From Octopus vulgaris (Eukaryota): 64,000 bases of DNA. Within the stretch, counting starts at the first letter, position 1. The number at the start of each line of letters is the position of its first letter. Both the position numbers and the translations under genes were made by a program. The stretch lies in the NCBI GenBank assembly GCA_951406725.2, contig OX597827.1, forward strand, positions 58,342,001 to 58,406,000. The letters run 5' to 3'. This document shows, piece by piece, positions 45,540 to 55,522 of this stretch. The notes beneath the pieces were generated by a model. It saw only the letters and a program-made list of their open reading frames with translations, made no database searches and had not been told where the DNA came from.

Positions 45540-48500
45540 TTAATTAAGTTTTATTTTCTTATAATACTTTCTTGATCTCTGCAATGCCTCTTCAGGATTG
45601 AATAATGGCCGGAAGCCTAAGTACGTCCTTGCTTTGTCATTTTTAAAGGTCAGTGTCATGTTGATGTACTTGATACTGCAGATGGGTGGTTGAGCATTGA
45701 TTTTGACCAAGGGCGATATCAGCCACAAAAACAGATCCCGGATGCTCAAGAGACCATGGATCAACCAATACGGGATGTATACTGGCATGTGCTTGAACCC
45801 ACGGTCATGAAGATAGGGTTCTAGGGTTGTGTAGATGCTGGTCGCAGGTGTGTCGTCGGGCACAAAGAAGTATTGACCTTCTACGTTAGTTAGTTTGTTG
45901 TCGAGGAGTGTCCGATTAGCCATTAGAAACGCCCAGGCCACATTGCCTGCGTAGGATACCTGGAAGATGGCTTTACCATTGCCAACACAGACTGACCATC
46001 CACCTGCGCTATAGGCAGACTGAAGTGCGGAAGGAATAAGGAATGGGTCACCTTCACCATACATGACATTTGGACGCAGCGAAACAGTGTACAGGCGTCC
46101 ACCTGTGGGAGAATAATAAAAATTAGGGTAGAATTCACAGCTTCAGTAATGATGATGATGATGATGAAGATGATAATGATGAGGGTGATGATGTTGTTGA
46201 AGATAATAGTGATGATGATGATTATGAGAGTAATAACGATGGTGATGATGATGATTATGAGAGTAATGACGATGGTGATGATGATGATAATGATGATGAC
46301 TGTTTCCAAGTTAAGCACAAACCCTGAAATTTAGCGGGAGGGGTTAAGCTGATTCCAGTGCTCAACTAGTGTTTATTTTATTGACATTGAAAGGATGAAG
46401 AGCAAAGCCGACCTTGGCAGAATATGAACTCAGGACATAGAGAACCTCAACAAATGCTGCTAAGCATTTTGTCTAGCATGCTAATGATTCTGCCACATCA
46501 CCACCTTAATAATAATAATAATAATAATATCTTGACACATTAGCAAAATGTGAAACCTGAAGACTAAAACAATACCTGTTGTCATAGGTGCCCTAGTAAT
46601 GATAGCAAAAGGGGTTGATTGCTACCTAGCTCAGATACCAGGAAACCCCAAAATGGCAGAAATTCAAAAGTACTCATGGGAACTGCCCATATCCTACGCC
46701 AAATACTCTCTATGTAATCTCAAGTTTTAAAACAAACATAATTTTCTTATGGTTTCTTAAGCATTCTCTAGAACAACACTTTATACAAAACCAAATATAT
46801 GCCACCCTAGGCATAACACCAACATGAACTTCCAACTTGTCTCTTAAGGTCTCTTCAAACTTTGCTATTATAATATTTATTCAAACCCCAGAGAATCTCT
46901 CTCAACACATGGCTATGTATGCTACCCAACTATTCCTGCTCATGATCAGAGAAGCAGATACTGTCAGCCACTAAGGGTTATGGTCAAGCAACATAAGTTA
47001 TGTGGTTATGGCCAGGCAACTGAAAAGCAAGTGCTTATGATCAAGCAAACTGAAAAGCAAATCTGTGATATTGAGCAGAATATTTGCAATAATGATATTT
47101 CTGCTTCAACAACTCAATGCGGAATCTGTGTGAAATATAATGGAAAATAGGTCAGTTTCAAAACGTTGATGTCCAGGTCACAAAAGCAAAGTTTGAAGCG
47201 ACTGGTAGTCAAACCAAGTAAAAGAAAAACAGAATGTGAAGATGAAGCTAGATAAGTGAAGATTTTGGGCTTTCCTCTTACCGTTGGCAAGGTGTGAACC
47301 ATTTGCTCTACAGACTAAATCTTCTGCCTCGTGCTTAGTTTGTGGGTATCCAGGGAAAAGGAAATGGCTTGGTGTGATTGCAGTGTCCTCTGTGCCATCA
47401 ACTATGTTTTTATCTCCTACAACGACGTCTACAGTGCTGCAGAAGATAAGTCGTGGCACACTCATTTCGATGCATGCATGGATAACATTCTCTGTGCCTG
47501 TATGAAAAGGGGAATTAGTAATGGACATTGTTAAGCTGCTCCTATCTACACATACACACATTCTTTACCACATACATATACACTCTCTCTCCGTCTCTCT
47601 CTCACACACATATACACTCTGTCTTTTGTTTCTCACACACAGACACACACACACTCTCTGTCTCTCTCTCTCACATACACAGATAACTATCTGTCTTTGT
47701 CTCTCTCCCTCACACACACACACACATTCTCTCTCTCTCACACACACACATACTCTGTCTTTTGTCTCTCACACACAGACTCTCTCTCTCTCTCAAACAC
47801 ACACGCACACACAATCTCTCTCTCTCTCTCACACATACATCTTTGACACATGTTTTGAAGATAACGCTGATATTATTCCAAAGGAATAAAATGGTGTAAA
47901 AGAATGTAATCTTCTCTTCAGGGAAGTGAAGAAATGAAACTTGTCAATAAGACATTTTAACTGAAAATGATGGATAGTATAGTGATTAACTGAAAGTGCG
48001 AGCCCTCTAACTGAAAAATGACAGTTTGCTATTCACAAATACACCTAAGTCTCTGATATTATCTGATGGTTCAAGTAGGTCTGACGGTGGTGTATATGGT
48101 TGTTTGAGTGTGCCCTCTTTTCCAAAGTGGATGAACTCAAATTTTTCTTTGTTCAACTGCATATATTATTTTTTTGTGCCCACTGAGTTACTGTGCATAG
48201 GTCTGATTGAAGCATCGTTTGATCATATGCTCCCTTAATGACTTTCTGGAACTTAGAGTCATCTACAAATATTTTAATGGTTCTATGTTCAATGGAATCT
48301 GCAATGTCATTGATATCTCTCTCTATATAAACGGCAGTTTGTCTGTGTGCGTGTCTGTGTGTCTGTCAGGTTGTACCCTCACCCTGACCACGGCTTTCAA
48401 CCGATTCTGATGAAACTTGACACACACATAGCCCAATGTCATAATTCAAAACTAACGCAGTGAAAATTTTGAAAAGTTCCCCCAGTTCTGAAAAAGATCG

Positions 48501-51500
48501 GTAAATTCGACATGGGGTCGACAATCAGAAACACAAACCACAGATGGTCTAGGGGACGCAACTCGACCTTTTTAACTCTCAAAAAAATTTACCATAATTT
48601 TTTTCCCATTTTTTTGCTATTTTTTGGCTATAACTCTCTAAAAATGCTTTATAGTTATTTCCGTTACAAACCCGAGCAACGCCGGGCGATACTGCTAGTA
48701 GATATCTTGCAAACAACTTGCACATGCAAGTGCTACCAGTTAAAAGCTCCGTATATCGGAAGCTAGCAAGTGTATGGGGTCATCAGGAGAGAATGCGCGC
48801 CGTTTCGGGGCCTACCTCTCGACGGCATCAATGCGCACCGGCCCCCCTCACTGATATGAGGCCCCGCTTGCTAGATCAGCTGGTTATGATGAACTCAATA
48901 TACTTCTAGCCATCGCTCATCGTCTCTTTTTAACCAAATCCAGTGGCTAGCCTTCTCCACTGTAGATTGGATATCAGTCATGGTGGTATTGACTTTACGA
49001 TGAGTTAGGCCTAACGATAACAACAGTCGTCTCACGCTGTGTCCTACAAACCCTCTACATCCGACTTCGATAGGAAAATGTTCCGCTTTCCAGCCTGCGT
49101 CTTCATATTCCTCGAGGAGGTTTTCATAACGGTTTAATTTTCGAGCTCGAGCGGCGTCCATATTATCTTCGTGAGGAACCGTTAGCTCGACTATATTTAA
49201 AACTTTCTTTCTTTCACACCACATCAAAATATCTGGTTTTTTCGAAACTGGGATGGGAAAGAAAACCTGGCACCCAGGTAAATCTGCAGTTACCTCCCAA
49301 TAGTCGTTCCACTTTTCATTTTTCTCAGGAAGTTTCTTGGTCTTCTTCTTGAAACGGATCTGCTGACCTGGTCGCACGAAGGTAATGAACTCTCTTGATG
49401 GTACTTTTAACGATTTTTCCTCAGTGTTGTTGAGATGAATTTGATTCTTTATAGCATTGAAGATAACCTTAAGGACCAAGTTGTGCCTCCATGTGTACCT
49501 GTTCAATGCTAACGAACAGTTGGAAAGAATATGTTTTAGTGTACCGACTTTTCCACATTTGCAGACGTCATTCTCTAAGACGTTCCATCTTACTAGATTC
49601 GTAGGTGATGGCAAAACATCATAAGATGAACGAATCAGGAAACTCAGCCGAGATGTTGTCCACTTCCACATCTCATCCCAACTTATCTTCCTCTCAACAA
49701 CATGTTCTTCCCATCTCGTCATCTGACCTTGATGAACACATCGGATCAAATGAAGCTCTCTTCTCTCTGCTTCTCTTGTTTTGACGCTGTTGCTAACAAC
49801 AGATCTGCGTTCACACGGCATCATGCTTGCAAACGGTCTGAACTGATCCGCGCCAAAACCAAATCCTTTCCGATGGTTCTGCGTTGCTCCCACCATATCT
49901 CTGTGTGTAAGAGAAGACAAGATGTTGTCAGTTTCTGCTTCTGCTTTCCACTTCCTGGCTGTTTTCACCTCTGGTGGGTTACGCCTGATTTCCATATCCT
50001 TCGATTCTCTCAGCATCATGACCGTCCGTATCTTCCCCAACTTATATATTTCGACTATTGATGCTATTGGTAACTGCAACGAACCTCTTTTACGATAAAG
50101 AGCTGAGCTGTTCAACATACGAGGTAGACCTAGCCACTTTCTAATGAACACATTACATTTTTGTTCGATCTTTTCAACTCGTGACAATGCTACTTCGTAT
50201 ATTAAAAGTGGCCACGCAAGTCGCGGGTACAGGCCGAACTGCAAGCACCAAATTTTATATTTACCTGGTAACTTCGAAACATCAATCGCTGATAACCCAG
50301 CCTCGGCCTGTTTCATAATTTCAATCCCACGACTTCTATCTGACAATGTTCCAGCGTATACTCGTCCCAAGCTCTTGACGGGCTCTTCCTTGACTGTTGG
50401 AATGCTTTCTTCCGATATTCGAAATTTAAATTCTTTCTGCACTCCCTTAACAAATGTCAGACTACGCGACTTTTTTGCTCTAAATCGCATCCTTGACCAC
50501 CTTACACGTTCGTCTAATCTCAAAAGGGCATTCTGCATGATTTGTTTATCTGTAGCTAGAAGTGTCACGTCATCCATGAAGGCTTTCTTAGGCGATTGTA
50601 CATGGGCGATTTGTTCCGAAAAATCTACACCTTTCAAAATCAACTCCATGACTAAGATAAACCACGTGACAGATATTGTACAGCCAGCAGCAATGCCAAC
50701 CTCCAATCGGTGCCAATTTGTTGTAAAACTTCCAGTTGTAAACCTCATTTCGAAACTTTCATAGTACATCCTCATTATTTTGATCACTTTGTCAGGAATG
50801 TGGAAGTGGTCCATGGCTGTTATTAGTAATTTGTGTGGCACTGAACCATACGCGTTAGCTAGGTCGAGCCATACCACGTTCAGACTTTTCTTGTTCTGTT
50901 TGGCATCCTGAATCGCTTTCCAAATCGAAAAACAGTGTTCAACGCATCCAGGGATCCCGGGGATTCCGGCCTTTTGAACAGATTCATCAACATATCCGTT
51001 ACTCTGTAAATATGTCACTGTTCTCCTCGACAGAATTCCCATAAAGATCTTGCCTTCCACATTCAATAAGGATATCGGCCTAAACTGTTTTATGGTCTTT
51101 GCATTGGCCTCTTTCGGCAGGTATATACCTTCTGCCTTACACCAATCCTCTACTATAGTCTCCTCGCGCCACAGTTGTCGGATTAGGACGAAGAGCTTCT
51201 TTCGCAGACGATTGCAGTATTTGTAGACTTTATATGAGACGCCATCACCTCCTGGGGCACTCTTCGCTCTAGCTTTTCTTACGAAGTCATTCACCTCTCT
51301 CTCCCTGATGTCCCCAATCTGGAATTCGATATCAGGTCCTGAGAGATGATTTAGCCCATGTAGAGATGGCAGCGGCTGATTACGGTGCGGATCGCTGTAG
51401 GTTTCCTTGATATGAGCATCCAATTCTTCTTTAGTGCACGATAAAGTACCACTCTTCGGCTCAGTGAACAGCTTCTTAGTAAACCCGTACGGGTCCTTCA

Positions 51501-54039
51501 GAAACTGCCCTCGAGTCCTTTTACTTTCTTTTCGACGCTCATATCGGCGAATATGTCGTTGCACATAACGACATTTCCTCTTCAAATCGTTATACAGCAA
51601 CGCAAGGCCAGGTTTCTCATCTAGTGCAGCACATCTCCATCTCTTTCTTAAGTCGGACTTTTCCTTCCTCAACTGCTGCATTTTTCTGATCCTCCTGCTT
51701 GGTCCACACTTTCCTTTCTCTAGTCGGATATTCTCTTTTATTCCAAATAAATCTCTTGCTACATCGTATATTGAGCTTGATAATTTTCCCAGTTTTTCCA
51801 CTGTAGAGCCTGTCATTTTATAAAGAGTCCGACAAACCTTGTTTTCAAACTCTTTATATTTCACTTTCTCATTAGCAGCAGGCCACAAAACCCTCGGTTT
51901 CCTCTGAGTATTATCCGATGCACCAGTTTCATGACTTGTAGTTTCTTCACGTGAAGAGTTCTGTGCTGTAGCATTTATCGATCCGCTGTGGTTTGAGTCC
52001 GGGGATGATTTGCCACGTGTTTTACGATCTGACGATCCACACTGCTCTGTCCTCTTCTCACAAGTCTTTCCCTGATGTATCTTCAAGCCTCTCTCAGTTG
52101 CAAAGGTTCTATAGCACAGCTTGCATCCAAAGTTGTTTGCATTTCGTCCGCTGTTCGAATGAATAATCATGTTCGTTTCAAAGGTCGTTTCCGTGCTGAC
52201 TGGGTTTGATTGATTCTCGACTCCCCCTCTCGGTCAATCATGGGGCTGTCTTTTCCTGTTATGTCTGTTACAATAAAATACAGAGGCGAGGATCGTAAGT
52301 CCGTAGCCTCCGCCAGTCTTTCCTGGTGTCGATAGTCGTTCCTATTGTCCGCTGGTCTTTCCGAGCAGTCCTCTTGTCTTTCCAAGATGCCTAACCGTCT
52401 TTCCGGTTTGTCAGTGGTTACCTACCACAAGGTCTTAAATATCTTGCAAACAACTTGCACATGCAAGTGCTACCAGTTAAAAGCTCCGTATATCGGAAGC
52501 TAGCAAGTGTATAGGGTCATCAGGAGAGAATGCGCGCCGTTTCGGGGCCTACCTCTCGACGGCATCAATGCGCACCGGCCCCCCTCACTGATATGAGGCC
52601 CCGCTTGCTAGATCAGCTGGTTATGATGAACTCAATATACTTCTAGCCATCGCTCATCGTCTCTTTTTAACCATATCCAGTGGCTAGCCTTCTCCACTGT
52701 AGATTGGATATCAGTCATGGTGGTATTGACTTTACGATGAGTTAGGCCTAACGATAACAACAGTCGTCTCACGCTGTGTCCTACAAACCCTCTACATCCG
52801 ACTTCGATAGGAAAATGTTCCGCTTTCCAGCCTGCGTCTTCATATTCCTCGAGGAGGTTTTCATAACGGTTTAATTTTCGAGCTCGAGCGGCGTCCATAT
52901 TATCTTCGTGAGGAACCGTTAGCTCGACTATATTTAAAACTTTCTTTCTTTCACACCACATCAAAATATCTGGTTTTTTCGAAACTGGGATGGGAAAGAA
53001 AACCTGGCACCCAGGTAAATCTGCAGTTACCTCCCAATAGTCGTTCCACTTTTCATTTTTCTCAGGAAGTTTCTTGGTCTTCTTCTTGAAACGGATCTGC
53101 TGACCTGGTCGCACGAAGGTAATGAATTCTCTTGATGGTACTTTTAACGATAAAAAGAAGTGGACCCAGTACAGTACTCTGTGGGACTCCACTGATGACC
53201 TTTGCTGGTCTTGAGTGGATGCCATCAACCACAACATGCTGGGTCCTGTTTGTTAGGAAATACCTAATCCATTGAAGTAGCTTTCTACTGACTCCAGTGT
53301 TGGATAGTTTTCTTAACAGTATATTGTAGTCGACTCTGTCAAAGGCCTTGCTGAAATCAAGGTACATGACATCTGCATTGGAGCCCTCACTTAGTGCATT
53401 TAACATCTCATATATATATATTTCTTTACTACCCACAAGGGGCTAAACAAGGAGAGACAAAGCGATTAAGTCAATTCCAACGACCCCAGTGCGTAACTGG
53501 TACTTAATATATCGACCCCGAAAGGATGAAAGGCAAAGTCAATCTCGGCCGAATTTGAACTCAGAACTTAACGGCAGACGAAATACGTGTACGCATTTCG
53601 CCCGGCGTGCTACCGTTTCTGCCAGCTTGCACACACACACACACACAGACACACACATTCACCAACATCTATATCAGAGACACAGTATAATATTCAAGTA
53701 AAAATCATTCAACCAACCAACCAGCAAATCAACCAAACCACCAATCTGTCTGTCTGTCTATCTAGATATCTAGCTATCTACATAACTAGTTTCCAGTCAG
53801 TTTGTCTAACACACCATGCTGTCTACAAATAACTTTCCTGTCTTAAATCACCTGAGACATTAACTTTCTGCATCAATTCAGTATCTGGTCTGGTCCCATA
53901 ACTGACTACACCAGCAACATGGTATACAACATCGACTCCATCTAATGCTTGCATGATATTAGTGTAGTTGGTAACATCACCAATGATGTGGCGGCTAGAA
54001 AAATTGTCTTCGTATTCTGCAATGAAAGAAGACAAACAG

Positions 54040-54073
<34 letters not shown>

Positions 54074-54468
54074 CAAATAAGAAAATGGAGAAACAATTTA
54101 GTTGGTTTATCTGCTTTAGGATATTAGAATGTTGACTTATTTATTTATTTAACACAACAAGAACCATAATAACATACATAAATACATTAAAATTCAATAC
54201 ATATAAGATAAGAATACAATTATAAAAACCTTAATATAAATTATATAAAATCACTCTTACAACTGTTTCAGCCTATGGGAAAAGTAGTTTTCAGTGCCTA
54301 TAGTTGTCAATTATATTGAGGCTGTAGGCATTTAAAACTGGGGTACTTATATATTGCAATTAAAAAACACTTGTGTATTAATAATTTGGGTATTATACCA
54401 GCAGTATATTGGATAAGTATTATCCCTTAGTGGGTTGGATCCACAACCCCTAACTTACTTGGTGTGTG

Positions 54469-54510
<42 letters not shown>

Positions 54511-54743
54511 GGAGTAAACACATAAATGTGAAACAAGGTGGAAAAAAGAGTACTCAAATACCAGTGGTAGAGTAATATGCTTTATTTTAAGCAGCAGAAA
54601 ATTCAACAAAATCTGTTACTCTGAGTTTCTTGTTGCCGTTCATCAGACAGTTTTTGCTAGAATCTAGCAAAAACTGTCTGATGAACGGCAACGAGAAACT
54701 CAGAGTAACAGATTTTGTTGAATTTTCTGCTGCTTAAAATAAA

Positions 54744-54790
<47 letters not shown>

Positions 54791-55478
54791 AAGAGAGGGA
54801 GATAGAAGTTACTATTCCCGTGCATGTTGAAAAAATAGATGCTTTAATGAAACTTCTATAATCCACCTTGATGCGAATAAAAGCTGTCAGTGGGAGAGAC
54901 GAATAGAATAATTTTTTTAAAAATTACTGTGAGTTGATAGTGTACTATAGTTTCGGGTTTAACTTGCAAAATTAAACAAATCGATTTTAAAAAAATTAAT
55001 TTAATTTAAATTTGGCAAGTTTGACCTTCCTCAGCACTATTGCTCCATATTTACAAAGAAACATGAATAATTAAAAAAATATTACCTTATTCGTTCATGT
55101 TGAAACCTGATAAAGAAGTTTAGCTTTCTTTCACTCTTGTTATATATATATATATATATATATACACACGTACACATACACATACATATATAAAACACAA
55201 TATACATTTTATACATACATATGTATATAATAAAAAAGCCTGTCTTATCATCGTTTAGCGTCCGTTTTCCATGCTAGCATGGGTTGGACGGTTCTACTGG
55301 GGTCTGTGATGCCAGAAGGCTTCATCAGGCCCAGTCAAATCTGGCAGTGTTTCTACGGCTGGATGCCCTTCCTAACGCCAACCACTCCGTGAGTGTAGTG
55401 GGTGCTTTTTACGTGCCACCCGCACTGGTGCCAGACAGAGCTGGCAAACGGCCACGAATGGATGGTGCTTTTTATGTG

Positions 55479-55522
<44 letters not shown>

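Larger units (their letters stand above)
48702..52438 (-). mobile_element. Full-length HERO-like RLE-clade non-LTR retrotransposon in intron 2 of the 3-beta-HSD gene
   Basis: Higher GC than flanks, single intact ORF, structured 5' UTR (about 52171-52438) and 3' UTR (48702-48894). The 3' end is defined by comparison with the second copy. Clade is assigned from motif recognition only. Confidence 0.9.

Noticed and set aside
45923-46334. Poly-Ile and poly-Met ORFs
   Set aside because: Translations of an (ATG)n microsatellite.
49702-50764. Plus-strand ORFs of 119 and 206 aa
   Set aside because: Antisense shadows of the RT ORF with no recognisable motifs.
52313-52408. CRISPR-like array reading of the spaced GGAAAGAC motif
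   Set aside because: Eukaryotic context, only 8 nt constant, the variable parts are self-complementary stems, and there are no cas genes.
48702-53151. LTR retrotransposon interpretation of the 713-bp direct repeats
   Set aside because: The repeats include coding sequence and lack TG..CA ends; there is no gag, protease or integrase, and the RT and RLE are of non-LTR type.
52632-53237. 201-aa ORF as an independent gene
   Set aside because: It is a chimera of an out-of-frame CR1/L2 fragment and the duplicated RLE C-terminus.
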